Shown here: positions 1 to 9,523 of the stretch, in pieces
Position numbering within the stretch: the first letter of the stretch is position 1
Layout: each line of letters opens with the position of its first letter
Origin: Spirochaetota bacterium
GTDB taxonomy: Bacteria > Spirochaetota > UBA4802 > UBA5550
Length of the DNA: 64,000 nt
Assembly (NCBI GenBank): GCA_041753395.1
Contig: JBGSUQ010000025.1
Span: forward strand, 268,189-332,188
Reading direction: 5' to 3'
Made by a program: the position numbers and the translations under genes
Notes under the pieces: model-generated
The model's database searches: none
What the model was told of the DNA's origin: nothing
The model's input: the letters and a program-made list of their open reading frames with translations, nothing else

Positions 1-432
1 CAGCATGGCGTCAAACTCGTCGCTTTCTTTTTTGGTGAGGCAGAGGGAACACTGTATATTGAAGCGGCCGCCGGCAATAAGGTCGCCGGGCAGGATCTCT
101 TGGGGCAGGTAGTTAACCATTACCTCTCTGGTGAACCAGGCGCGGCGCTCCGGGAGGCTCCAGGTCCAGAAGTCAGGGCTTAGCTTCACCTCTCGGGCCG
201 ACAGCTTGAAGGATGAGCGGAGGGTCTGCTGGAGCATGTAGGTCTCTGGCACGATGTAGTAGGTCATCTCGTTGTAAACCGTGTCCCATGCCATGCCGGT
301 GGTCCATGAGGTCTGCTCGTTGGTCCAGGGACGGTCCGCGCCGCGGAAATAGTGTTCCCGGAGCCATTGTATCCTATCGGACAGCCCGCGGGGGGTCTTT
401 ATTTTGAATGCAGTCTGCTCAGCTGGTTGCAT
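1..432 (-). CDS. hypothetical protein, N-terminal ~144 codons; the gene continues beyond the window start
   Basis: ATG at complement(430..432) with a GGAGGA SD 6 nt upstream. Frame is open to position 1 and reads MQPAEQTAFKIKTPRGLSDRIQWLREHYFRG.... No family could be assigned by eye. It is absent from the ORF track because there is no stop inside the window. Confidence 0.5.
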   Translation of the reverse strand, partial: MQPAEQTAFKIKTPRGLSDRIQWLREHYFRGADRPWTNEQTSWTTGMAWDTVYNEMTYYIVPETYMLQQTLRSSFKLSAREVKLSPDFWTWSLPERRAWFTREVMVNYLPQEILPGDLIAGGRFNIQCSLCLTKKESDEFDAML

Positions 433-510
433 AATTAATCCTCCATGCTTTGCCGTGCTCTTGATACAGGTAAATATAGCAGATTTTAGATATTCAGTCA
501 AGCTAACTTC

Positions 511-650
511 ATGTCCCCCTGTCCCCCCGAGGGGGCATGAAGGAATTATTTTTTCCTGGTTATAATAATACTATTTCATTCTAGTGATTGATTTGATTAT
601 CTCTAAATAAAAAGATACGTGCCCCCTCGGGGGGACAGGGGGGTCTGTTA
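511..650. repeat. GC-rich inverted-repeat element, copy 1: ~28-bp terminal inverted repeats (GTCCCCCTGTCCCCCCGAGGGGGCATG / its reverse complement) flanking ~85 bp of AT-rich DNA
   Basis: Left arm 513-539 and right arm 618-648 are near-perfect reverse complements. The same arms recur at 23009-23199 and, degenerate, at 50565-50752. Confidence 0.7.
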
Positions 651-763
651 ACTAGCGCCTAAGACATGGTTTGCCTGATCCGCTGTAAAGTAGTTGAAAT
701 ATTCAATAAATGCTGCAGGGTGGATGGATTGATGTTACATTTACAATGGTAAGGAGGCTTGTA

Positions 764-1306
764 TTGAAACGCTTATTTCTTCTATCGATTATCTGCATGG
801 TTGCCTGTATCTCTTGTAAAAAAGGGGACCAGGCAAATGAACGCATTCTTTCCAAAAGTGAAGTGATCCAGGGGACCACGTTTTCCGCGGGTTCTTCAAT
901 ACGGACAAAAGACAAGGGCCTGCTGGCCTATGTAACCCTGGGAGCCGATCAGACAGTTGCGGATGTCAATTTCAGCAAGGCCTTCCCGTATGTTTTTAAA
1001 AAGGGGACAACGCTGGAATATCAGGACAGCATTGTATTTGAAAAACCAGAGATGCCATCGGTGATTACCATACAGGAAAAACATACCATCATGGGTTTTG
1101 ACCTGCCTGCCGGTACGCGTATTCTGCCGGGTGTAGCGAGCGGAACCTTTGGCGGCCAACCGGTCTATTCAGTTATGTATACTCAGATCCAGCCGGGTGA
1201 TGCTCTCGATATAAAGGGAAAGAAATTCAACGTCGGCGACTATATACAGATTTACCCGAATAACGTTATCAAATATTTCGATAAGGGTGTTGAAAAGAAT
1301 CTTTAG
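764..1306 (+). CDS. hypothetical lipoprotein
   Basis: ORF-track frame 710..1306. The best start is TTG at 764, 6 nt after AAGGAGG (751-757), giving MKRLFLLSIICMVACISC with a lipobox Cys. An ATG at 746 is also possible. No recognisable domain. Confidence 0.6.
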   Translation: MKRLFLLSIICMVACISCKKGDQANERILSKSEVIQGTTFSAGSSIRTKDKGLLAYVTLGADQTVADVNFSKAFPYVFKKGTTLEYQDSIVFEKPEMPSVITIQEKHTIMGFDLPAGTRILPGVASGTFGGQPVYSVMYTQIQPGDALDIKGKKFNVGDYIQIYPNNVIKYFDKGVEKNL

Positions 1307-1330
1307 GCTGTAAAAAAGGGATTCCATAAA

Positions 1331-1375
1331 AGGGGGGCTTTCCTCAAAGCCCCCTGAATCCTCCGAAGGGGGACT
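1331..1375 (+). terminator. tandem GC-rich stem-loops downstream of the lipoprotein gene (putative intrinsic terminator, weak U-tract)
   Basis: GGGGGCTTT-cctc-AAAGCCCCC, then CCCCCT...AGGGGG, starting 25 nt after the stop at 1306. Confidence 0.45.
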
Positions 1376-1412
1376 TTCTGGATTGCAATAAAAAACTAAA
1401 ACGAGGTGAGAG

Positions 1413-1787
1413 ATGAATTCGAAATTAAGAATAATTGGCGCATTTCTCTTTTCCTTCTTGCTGTCAGCATCTTTCGTCGCGGCCCAGGATGCAGCTGAGT
1501 ATCCGGGTACGGTAGTAATAAAAGCAGGCGCTGCAGTGACGATCCGGCTGGATAGTTCATCTGAGCTCAATCCCGGTGCTTCAGTCAGCATCTACAAGTT
1601 TTTCACTAAAAATATCCTGGGCATGCAGACAAGCGGGTGGCTCCACGCGGCGGAGGCGAAGTTGATCAGTCTGAAGGGTTCCGTCGCCACCGTGAGAATT
1701 ACGGAAGAAAAAAGCAAGATGGTGGTCAACAATAAAAAAGTAGAGCACCTTGTAGCCGGGGCGAAAGTGAAGCTGGTCCTCAAATAG
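1413..1787 (+). CDS. small secreted hypothetical protein (N-terminal signal peptide)
   Basis: ATG 1413 preceded by GAGGTGAGAG. MNSKLRIIGAFLFSFLLSASFVAAQD is a signal peptide. 124 aa with no recognisable domain. Confidence 0.55.
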   Translation: MNSKLRIIGAFLFSFLLSASFVAAQDAAEYPGTVVIKAGAAVTIRLDSSSELNPGASVSIYKFFTKNILGMQTSGWLHAAEAKLISLKGSVATVRITEEKSKMVVNNKKVEHLVAGAKVKLVLK

Positions 1788-1799
1788 CAGTGTACAATC

Positions 1800-3695
1800 T
1801 TACCGTCCTTTCCCTGAATGCCATAGCCTGTTTGAGGTTAGCGCCTTCTGGTTGATATAAATATCCTGGAGTCTTTCACGCAGTTCCGTCAGTTCCTTCC
1901 GGCTGCCACGGGCCGCAAGGTTGGTCTCCTCCCGGGGATCGTTTTGTAAATTAAAAAGATATTCTTTCCCAGTTTCTCCGTGTTTCACATATTTAAAAGG
2001 GTACTGGACCACGCCGAGGTACTGGCCGTTGTACGGCTGGACGAGGTATGCTGGTTTTGCAACTGCGCCGGGTGATAGAATCGACTGACCCTGGAAATGA
2101 GTTTTCACGCCGGACACGCCGGCCATGTCCAGGACGGTCGGGGCTATGTCAAGCTGTGAAAAAGGCCCGTTGAGAGCATGGGGGTCGAGGCGGTTGTTCC
2201 AGAGTATGAGAAAGGGAATCCGGAACATTTCCTCGTAAAATCCAATTTCATTGTGGGTTATTCCATGTTCATTGAGGGGAAAGCTGTGGTCTCCGGTTAT
2301 GATCACGACGGTATCGGCAAGATAAGACCGCGCGGCGATGCCCTTGAGCAGTTCCGTCAGGCCTTTGTCGGAGAGATGGATGGAATTGGCATAGTGCTCG
2401 CCAATATCCCGGGGTTCGGGATACATCAGGCATTTATCCTTTGGCACATAATCGAACCACATGTGGTTGGATGTCGTGGCAAAGGTCGCGAAAATCGGCC
2501 TGCTGCCATTCAGCCGGTGAATGGCATCCATGCGGCGGAGGCATATCCGGTAAAAAAGGCCATCTTCAGGCCCCCAGCCCCAGACCTGACTGCTGTCGGC
2601 ACCGGTTAAAAACTCGAAGGCAGAATGAATACTCTTAAACCCGGTCTTTTTCATGAAGGCTTCGGTATTGTCAAAACTGAGGCTGTCGGCAGCCTGCATA
2701 AAGAGCGTCTCATACCCGGCGTCACCGAGAATCGCCGGCAGGGCCCTGAAGGAGAGAGCCGGGAAGGAAGTGAAAATTTTCCCGCGTATGCTCGGTATTA
2801 CCGAAAGAAATGACGCCGCCTGCCCCTTGCAGGTCTGGATGGAATTGCCGTAAAAATGTTCGACGTAGACCCCGCGGCGGATGAGCGAATTGAAGACCGG
2901 GGTGATTTCCTTTCCCCCGGGAGTTATTTTCATGATGACATTAGCGTTGTATGATTCCACCATCACGAGAATGATGTTCGGCATGGCCGCCCCTCTCTTC
3001 AGGGACGGAGTCGGCGTGAAGGTCCGCAGGAAAGGATAGCTCTTTAAAGTGATATGCGACATGGGGTCCTGAAAAGGATAGCGGGCTATTCCCCGCAGCA
3101 GTCCGGTAAATTCATCATAGGTTCTCACCGGCAGGAACAGTATCAATGCGTATAGCATGACAGCCGCGATGGTTTTAACCGCGGGATTGCGGTAATATGC
3201 CGGCGACCAGAGGATTCTTTTTTTTATATGCACGATGAGCAGGATGATGATGAATATGCCGAGACCGGTGAAGAGCGGCCGCGGAAAGACCCCGATAATG
3301 GTATACCAGGATTCCTTGTAGAAGCCTAAGGTGAAATTATCGATGATGAGGGAACAGTCCAGCGGTATGTGCGTTATAAGATGATAGGAATGTATCAAAA
3401 CAAAGAGAATGATGAAGATGAGGGTTAGTACCAGGCGCAGGGGTTTTGTCCGGTACGACGCCAGGCTGATGACCTGTACCGCGATGTTAGCGGTTATGAT
3501 GCTGTAGCAGATGAAGAATGCCGATGAAAATGAGAGGTCGAAGGGCCTGATGCCGTAGCGCCGCTGGAACATAAACAGAAAGTAGGCCATGAGAAGGGTT
3601 GTCAAACCGTTCATGAACCCGAAATCGAACGGCAGCCAGTCGCGGGTAAATTGCCGGCAGCGACGCACATGGCCGGTGATGCTTTTCAGCAGCAA
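1800..3695 (-). CDS. LTA-synthase/phosphoglycerol-transferase family membrane sulfatase (alkaline-phosphatase superfamily)
   Basis: N-terminal polytopic membrane domain followed by a sulfatase-type domain (ESYNAN..., ...ITGDHS...). TTG start at 3695 with a GAGGAGG SD. It sits directly downstream of the phosphoesterase gene. Confidence 0.75.
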   Translation of the reverse strand: MLLKSITGHVRRCRQFTRDWLPFDFGFMNGLTTLLMAYFLFMFQRRYGIRPFDLSFSSAFFICYSIITANIAVQVISLASYRTKPLRLVLTLIFIILFVLIHSYHLITHIPLDCSLIIDNFTLGFYKESWYTIIGVFPRPLFTGLGIFIIILLIVHIKKRILWSPAYYRNPAVKTIAAVMLYALILFLPVRTYDEFTGLLRGIARYPFQDPMSHITLKSYPFLRTFTPTPSLKRGAAMPNIILVMVESYNANVIMKITPGGKEITPVFNSLIRRGVYVEHFYGNSIQTCKGQAASFLSVIPSIRGKIFTSFPALSFRALPAILGDAGYETLFMQAADSLSFDNTEAFMKKTGFKSIHSAFEFLTGADSSQVWGWGPEDGLFYRICLRRMDAIHRLNGSRPIFATFATTSNHMWFDYVPKDKCLMYPEPRDIGEHYANSIHLSDKGLTELLKGIAARSYLADTVVIITGDHSFPLNEHGITHNEIGFYEEMFRIPFLILWNNRLDPHALNGPFSQLDIAPTVLDMAGVSGVKTHFQGQSILSPGAVAKPAYLVQPYNGQYLGVVQYPFKYVKHGETGKEYLFNLQNDPREETNLAARGSRKELTELRERLQDIYINQKALTSNRLWHSGKGR

Positions 3696-3734
3696 GATGG
3701 CGGTCCTCCTCTCTATGAGGATTCAGTGACAGGG

Positions 3735-5411
3735 TTATTTCTTCTTGTCAATACGTTTTACCGGCTCTGCCCCAAGCAGGTTGTGCTCTGTCAATGCACG
3801 GTCATCCAGATACTGCATGTCCCACTGATGCCTGTTCTGGCCGGTGATCCGCATGAATGTATCAAAATCGAGCCATCGGTAATAGGTGACGGACAGGATA
3901 CTGCCGCGCACTTCAACATCAGTAAATCCCCATGAAAGCTCGCCGTAGCGGTGATAGGCATCCGTGTAACGGTCATGCTGGTAGAGACCCAGGGGTGAAT
4001 TCCTGTCATGGCGCCAATCGTGCCAGCGGCGTGTTGAACGGTCCATGATGTACGAATCAAGGGTTGATCCGCCGGTGCCCGCGACAATATAGATGGTCCC
4101 GCCCCAATCGGTTTTCTCGTCAACGTGAAATGAATCGAAGTTGTGATCGTGGCCGGAGATAACCAGGTCGACCTTATGTTTTCTGAATAGCTCGAAATAC
4201 TGGGCCGCGAGCAGTTCATTCACCCCGTAATCGCCAGTTGAGAGGATCGGGGTGTGGATGACGACAATGAGCCACTTCATGCCGGAGCTATGCGCCAGCT
4301 CACGGCGTATCCACCGGTATTGCTCGCTACCGGTGGTGATGGCAGGCCCGTCCAGCGTGGTCCCCGGGCCGTCAAAGGGATGGATGGAAAATATCCGCAC
4401 GTTGCCGTGATCAATGGCGTAATAGTCAGGCTGCCCGAAGAAGTAGCGGAAATTGGCGCCCCGGTCCATCAGGAAATCATGGTTGCCCGGAGTGGCGGCC
4501 ATGGGTACCGCGTCAATCATGTCCAGTGAAGAAAAGAGATTGTGCCAGGCGTCAAGATCGATGCCGGTACGCACCATATCCCCGGCGTGGATCAGGAAGG
4601 CCGGCTGCAGGCCCCGTTCCCGGTATGCGACGCCGGCGGCGTGCATCACGTTTCTGAAGTAAGAGTAGGCATAGCCGCCTTTTCTGGAGCTATCGGTATC
4701 GCCAACGGCAAGGAACCGGAAAGAGTTGGCGGATCCCCGCCCCGGCCCTGTCTGGAACGAGCGGATGGTATCACCACAGGCGGGGACCTGGTAGTAGTAG
4801 CGGGTTGACGGCGAAAGACCCATGAGGTGGAACTCATGGCGCCTTCCGTCGCCGATTGCTTCATTCAATAAAGACATTCTTTCCGGAAGCGGCTCCCTGC
4901 CGAAGCGCAGCACTGGCGGTTCTTCATTCATGATAGGATCAAAGTACCATATAACAATGGACGATGAAGCATCGGTCTGCCGGTCAACAAAAGGACCGAA
5001 CTGGATGATTGGCCCTAAGCGGCCCCAAAAACGATCGCGGGCGGAGGCCTGTCCCGCGTCTGTCGGCAGATGGATCATCCTGAGATATGGATCAGCCATG
5101 TATATAAATATAACCGCCATGGCAAAGGTGACGGCGCCTGCTGCCTGCCGGCTCATGTATCCACTCTTTTTCCTGAGGGCGATTGCGCCCCAGACAGCCA
5201 GCATGATATTTAGGACTATAAAAAAACCGCACAGGGAAATTATAATAAGCGGGTAATAATAGTATGATGTCTGAAGGAAAATTGCTATGATGTCAATGCC
5301 GGCTGTCATAATGGCAGCTATAAGAAACAGCATGGCAATAAGGGCAAAGGACAGGTGCAGTATGATCCAGGGAAGGGGGCGGGAAGTTTTTTGTGAATCG
5401 TGTGTATTCAT
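3735..5411 (-). CDS. membrane-anchored calcineurin-like metallophosphoesterase (purple-acid-phosphatase-like)
   Basis: Several N-terminal TM helices followed by metallophosphoesterase motifs (AVGDTD, GDMV, ATPGNHD, ISGHDH). Confidence 0.75.
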   Translation of the reverse strand: MNTHDSQKTSRPLPWIILHLSFALIAMLFLIAAIMTAGIDIIAIFLQTSYYYYPLIIISLCGFFIVLNIMLAVWGAIALRKKSGYMSRQAAGAVTFAMAVIFIYMADPYLRMIHLPTDAGQASARDRFWGRLGPIIQFGPFVDRQTDASSSIVIWYFDPIMNEEPPVLRFGREPLPERMSLLNEAIGDGRRHEFHLMGLSPSTRYYYQVPACGDTIRSFQTGPGRGSANSFRFLAVGDTDSSRKGGYAYSYFRNVMHAAGVAYRERGLQPAFLIHAGDMVRTGIDLDAWHNLFSSLDMIDAVPMAATPGNHDFLMDRGANFRYFFGQPDYYAIDHGNVRIFSIHPFDGPGTTLDGPAITTGSEQYRWIRRELAHSSGMKWLIVVIHTPILSTGDYGVNELLAAQYFELFRKHKVDLVISGHDHNFDSFHVDEKTDWGGTIYIVAGTGGSTLDSYIMDRSTRRWHDWRHDRNSPLGLYQHDRYTDAYHRYGELSWGFTDVEVRGSILSVTYYRWLDFDTFMRITGQNRHQWDMQYLDDRALTEHNLLGAEPVKRIDKKK

Positions 5412-5573
5412 CGAGATTAACCGACCGTAAAAGTATATTAAATCCCTGTCATTATAGGCGGCAAATCAAGAAAAATTCATTATTCTTAAAAAATATTTGA
5501 TTTATTAGCATGGAATTAATTATTGGTGCATATTTATAATGTAAATAAAGCGGTGTTGTAAAGATTATGCAGC

Positions 5574-5740
5574 CTTCCCCCCGCCGCCGGCGGGGGAAAG
5601 GTATTATTGCTTGGGAATACCAATTTACTTTAAGTATATTTGACTTGTTGCATATCTTATGCTTTTTCCGGGGTTAAGGGGCGAAGCCCCTTAAGAGCCC
5701 CCCGCGGGGGTTTACCTGCAAGCGCGAAACGCAGTTTCGC
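5574..5740. repeat. cluster of GC-rich palindromic hairpins in an AT-rich intergenic region (REP-like)
   Basis: CCTTCCCCCCGCCG/CCGGCGGGGGAAAGG at 5574-5602; TTAAGGGG-cgaa-GCCCCTTAA at 5674-5694; CCCCCCGCGGGGG at 5697-5710; GCGAAAC-gcag-TTTCGC at 5723-5740. Confidence 0.6.
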
Positions 5741-5771
5741 AACAAGTATATTAATTTCAGAGGTTGTAGAT

Positions 5772-5978
5772 ATGGATGACTCAGTTAAGAAGATCTTCTA
5801 TTATGTAGGGATCGTGGCGGCATTATACCTGTTCTTTTTTTATATCCTTCCATTTCTGGTAAAAATGATCGCTTTTATTTTCCAGGCTCTGTTCTATCTG
5901 TTCATATGGGGTGCCGTAGTATTCGTGGTTGTATTCCTGGTGGCCCATCTGGTAAAATTAGTGAGAAAGGAAGCATAA
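5772..5978 (+). CDS. small integral membrane protein (68 aa, two predicted TM helices)
   Basis: ATG 5772 after AGAGGT. MDDSVKKIFYYVGIVAALYLFFFYILPFLVKMIAFIFQALFYLFIWGAVVFVVVFLVAHL. The longer ORF-track frame from 5640 runs through the GC hairpins and is unlikely. Confidence 0.45.
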   Translation: MDDSVKKIFYYVGIVAALYLFFFYILPFLVKMIAFIFQALFYLFIWGAVVFVVVFLVAHLVKLVRKEA

Positions 5979-6176
5979 TCATCCCTTATCGTGTCCTTGA
6001 AAAGGCTGATGACCAGATCGTCCCCCTGTCTTCCTGTATACCTGGCGGGTATAATTTCTTGAAGGGGATGTGTACCAGCATGATCCCGATAAGATTGGAG
6101 AAAAAACCCCCGGTATTGTTATTTTGTTGATTTATATCAGGCAATTTTTAACAATTGGGTTTCAGGAATTGTATCA

Positions 6177-8522
6177 ATGGAAAAAATTGATTTACTCAAG
6201 ATAGAAACATTCGCACTTAAGATTTTCATCGGCCTCTGTGTGCTGGGGGGGCTCATGTTCGGCTACGTCACGGCGGAGATAAAGAATTATTCCGGCATCG
6301 AGAACCTGAAGGCGTTCCAGCCCAGCATTCCCACGCGACTCTACGACGTGAACGGCGAGGTAATTGCCGAGCTGTTTCAGCAGCGCCGCTATCCGGTAGC
6401 CTTTGAAGAACTTCCCCCGTGCCTGGTGAATGCGTTCCTGTCCGCCGAGGACCAGGATTTTTATGACCACTTCGGCATATCCCCACCGGCCATCATGCGG
6501 GCCATGGGAAAAAATGTCATCTCGTCGATAAAAGCGTTCCGTCCGATGATTTCACAGGGCGGATCCACCATCACCCAGCAGCTGGCCAAGCGGCTTTTCA
6601 CCACGGGTGAGCGCACCTTCGGCCGCAAGGCCCTGGAGGCGATCCTGGCGCTCCAGATCGAAAAGCGATTCACAAAAGAAGAAATCCTGGAGATGTATTT
6701 TAACCAGATCTATTTCGGACACGGGTGCCACGGCGTCGCCGCGGCGTCGCGGTTCTTTTTTCAAAAAAATATTAAGTACATTAACGCCATCGAGAGCTCG
6801 GTCCTGGCGGGACTGCCGACACGTCCCAACGGCCTGTCGCCCATCAAGTACCCGCGGCGGGCCATGGCCAAGAACCGGGACACGCTGAACCGCATGGTCG
6901 ACCAGGGCTATCTTGACAGGAAGAGCGCCGACCGGTTGTACGAGACATTCTGGCCCGCCTTCGTCGATTCGATCATCATGGATTACCCGACCAAAACCGC
7001 CCGCTCGAAGTTTCAGGACAAGGCTCCTTACTTCACTGATTACGTACGTCAGATCCTCATCTCGCGCTTTGGGGAGGAAATGGTTTACAACGACGGCCTG
7101 AGCGTATATACGACACTCAACCTGCGCGAGCAGAAGATCGCTGAACGCGTCCTGAAAGACTCATTAAAAAAACAGAACTCAGTTTCAGTGAAAGCCAATA
7201 TGAACAAGACCATGGCCATGGAGATGGGCATGATAGACTCCTTTGAGGGCTTGCGCATGATATTCCCGCTTCCATCGGTTTCCATAAGCCAGAATGGGGA
7301 AAGCATGTTCAAACAGATGATGGCCGATGATCTTCTCGATGCAGCTGAGATACTATCGTTCTTTTCAGAAACTCCGGGGTGCAACAGGGCCCTCGAGGCG
7401 TACCATTCCCAGATCACAGGACTGTCCTCGATCATGAGCGTCGAGGGGGCCATCATAGCAATAGAGCCCTTCAGCAGCTACATCAAGGCAATGGTGGGCG
7501 GTTCGAAATTTGAAGTGCAGAACCAGTACAACCGTGCCGTGCAGGCCAAGCGGCAGCCCGGTTCTTCCTTCAAACCCTTCGTGTACGGGGCGGCAATAGA
7601 GAATAAGCTGGTGACCACGGAGACGCAGCTGCCTGACGCTCCGATCCTGGACATTGACGCGATCGGCAACACCTGGACGCCGGGCAACTACGAGGGCGAA
7701 TACCGGGGCATGGTGCCGGTCAGCAATGCCCTGTCCGCTTCCATTAACGTGATATCAATCAGGCTCTACGACCTCCTGGGGCCCGATAAGATTATAGACT
7801 ATGCCTCGAAGATGACCAAGGTGCCGCCCACGGATTTCGGCGCGAACCCCACCATTGCCCTCGGCACGTCGGAACTGACGCCCTTTGAGATGGCCACCGG
7901 GTATGCCATATATGCAAATCGAGGCAAGGACGTCATACCCTTTGCCGTACGCTACGTCGTGGACAGGGACGGCAATGAAGTGGCGAACATCGAGGGAGAG
8001 GTCGGAGAGATCCTCGCCAGGAAAACCAAGAACGGCACGATCCAGGTCATCAGCGAAGATGTCGCTTGGATCATGACACAGCTCATGATGAAGGTCGTTG
8101 ACAGCGGCACCGCCACGGAAGGGATCCGCATCAAGGGCGGCTATTCTAAAAAGGGCGCCGGCAAGACCGGCTCCACCTCCAACTGGTCAGACGCTTGGTT
8201 CTGCGGGTTTACGCCCGATATAGCCGCTGTCGTGTGGGTGGGCTACGACCAGTCGTTCCTGTCCCTGGGAACGCACCAGGCCGCGTCGGAAGTCGCAGCG
8301 CCGGTTTGGGGTCGGTTTATGGATAGCTTCTATAAAGGGAAACCTGACCCGCAGTTTCCGGACAGGCCCCCCGGGGTATGCCAGATTGGATCAGGCTGGG
8401 GTCTTGAAGGGGCCCAATCCCAGTATTACAGTACTGACGGCAATGATATCATGAAATCGGTGCTTGAGCGCTACATGGAGATAGAAGGTTTCATAGAAGA
8501 GAAGAAGCGGTACGGTAACTGA
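6177..8522 (+). CDS. class A penicillin-binding protein (bifunctional glycosyltransferase/transpeptidase, PBP1A family)
   Basis: N-terminal TM anchor. GT51 motifs (EDxxFYxHxG, GGSTITQQLAK). Transpeptidase SxxK motif (SSFKPF). Confidence 0.9.
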   Translation: MEKIDLLKIETFALKIFIGLCVLGGLMFGYVTAEIKNYSGIENLKAFQPSIPTRLYDVNGEVIAELFQQRRYPVAFEELPPCLVNAFLSAEDQDFYDHFGISPPAIMRAMGKNVISSIKAFRPMISQGGSTITQQLAKRLFTTGERTFGRKALEAILALQIEKRFTKEEILEMYFNQIYFGHGCHGVAAASRFFFQKNIKYINAIESSVLAGLPTRPNGLSPIKYPRRAMAKNRDTLNRMVDQGYLDRKSADRLYETFWPAFVDSIIMDYPTKTARSKFQDKAPYFTDYVRQILISRFGEEMVYNDGLSVYTTLNLREQKIAERVLKDSLKKQNSVSVKANMNKTMAMEMGMIDSFEGLRMIFPLPSVSISQNGESMFKQMMADDLLDAAEILSFFSETPGCNRALEAYHSQITGLSSIMSVEGAIIAIEPFSSYIKAMVGGSKFEVQNQYNRAVQAKRQPGSSFKPFVYGAAIENKLVTTETQLPDAPILDIDAIGNTWTPGNYEGEYRGMVPVSNALSASINVISIRLYDLLGPDKIIDYASKMTKVPPTDFGANPTIALGTSELTPFEMATGYAIYANRGKDVIPFAVRYVVDRDGNEVANIEGEVGEILARKTKNGTIQVISEDVAWIMTQLMMKVVDSGTATEGIRIKGGYSKKGAGKTGSTSNWSDAWFCGFTPDIAAVVWVGYDQSFLSLGTHQAASEVAAPVWGRFMDSFYKGKPDPQFPDRPPGVCQIGSGWGLEGAQSQYYSTDGNDIMKSVLERYMEIEGFIEEKKRYGN

Positions 8523-8909
8523 ACCTATGCCGGGCAGAATGTCCGTGAGCGGCCCTGATTGAGGAGGAAGCATAGATCTGTTATAATACCATGTATAATG
8601 TATCATTTTAAATTTTTCGTTTGATTTTTTACTATATATACATACACTATTAGTTATGCTGTTTCTGCCCTGTTAATTAAAGGGAAGCCGATTTTTGTTA
8701 AATTCTGTACAGGAGGTTGGAACCATATACAAAAACCATCTTAAAAGACGCTGAAAAACAGTGTGATAAGGAGGTACAGGGAATATAATTGATTTTTTAT
8801 TATTTTTTTTTGTATGGTTACCTGTTTTCCGTAGAATTATTCTTGAAATTTTAAAATTTTATGATATAATTCATTAAAAATTTGAGAGGGTGAGGTATAG
8901 GGAATTTAT

Positions 8910-9404
8910 ATGTTCAAGGTCGGTGACAATATTGTCTATCCTATGCATGGCGTGGGAAGAATAGAGGCCATCGAAAAAAAAGTCATTTTAGGTAAGAGAA
9001 GTGAATATTATATTATTACAATCCTGAACAGCGGGATGAAGGTGATGATTCCGGTAAAGAACGCTGAACAAATTGGAATACGGAGTATCATACCCAAAAA
9101 GGACATCAAGAAAGTGCTCGGCGTGCTGATTAAGAATGAAATAAGCTCGGTGGATGATTGGAAAGAACGGTATCAGAACAATATCGATAAAGTGAAAAGT
9201 GGTTCTATCTATGAAGTCTCTGAAGTGGCCAGGGACCTGTACCGCCGGGGACGCGAAAAAGAGCTTTCCATTATGGAACGAAAGCTGTATGAAAACGCGT
9301 ATCAGTTAGTAACGCATGAAGTTGCCCTGTCTAAAAATATCGACCTGGAGGAAGCCGGTAACCTGGTTTCCGAAGCCCTCTCATCTCATCATCCGAAAAA
9401 GTAA
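8910..9404 (+). CDS. cdnL: CarD/CdnL-family RNA-polymerase-binding transcription factor
   Basis: [36 protein letters not shown]...MIPV.. matches the CarD_CdnL_TRCF N-terminal domain. Length 164 aa. Confidence 0.85.
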   Translation: MFKVGDNIVYPMHGVGRIEAIEKKVILGKRSEYYIITILNSGMKVMIPVKNAEQIGIRSIIPKKDIKKVLGVLIKNEISSVDDWKERYQNNIDKVKSGSIYEVSEVARDLYRRGREKELSIMERKLYENAYQLVTHEVALSKNIDLEEAGNLVSEALSSHHPKK

Positions 9405-9523
9405 GGGAGTAAATCTCTGTTAAAGGGTTCTCCCTTCCGGGTATGGCGCACAAGTGATCTCTGGTTCAAGCCCCTGCGATATCCCGTTTATCGTATCAGA
9501 TCTCGTTACGCAAGGAGTAAATC

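Noticed and set aside
1-432. Considered calling the truncated first gene a glycyl-radical-enzyme (PFL2-like) N-terminus because of LSDRIQWLREHYF.
   Set aside because: Only ~140 residues are available. The downstream sequence does not follow the characteristic PFL2 N-domain pattern. Left as hypothetical.
2178-2609. Numerous ORF-track frames lying inside or antisense to well-supported genes. Examples: 2178..2609+, 4254..4529+, 9917..10480-, 14871..15659-, 23863..24441-, 24396..25295-, 25380..26681-, 26435..27301-, 36041..36715-, 38500..39177-, 40722..41348-, 49615..49992-, 55886..56422+.
   Set aside because: They overlap genes with strong family signatures on the other strand or frame. They have no RBS and no recognisable motifs. 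Their composition is low-complexity mirror-image (Arg/Pro/Ser-rich), as expected for antisense of GC-biased coding DNA.
5640-5978. Long ORF-track frame 5640..5978 (112 aa).
   Set aside because: Its first 44 codons run through the GC-rich palindromic hairpin cluster and have no SD. ATG 5772 with AGAGGT is the credible start of a short membrane protein.
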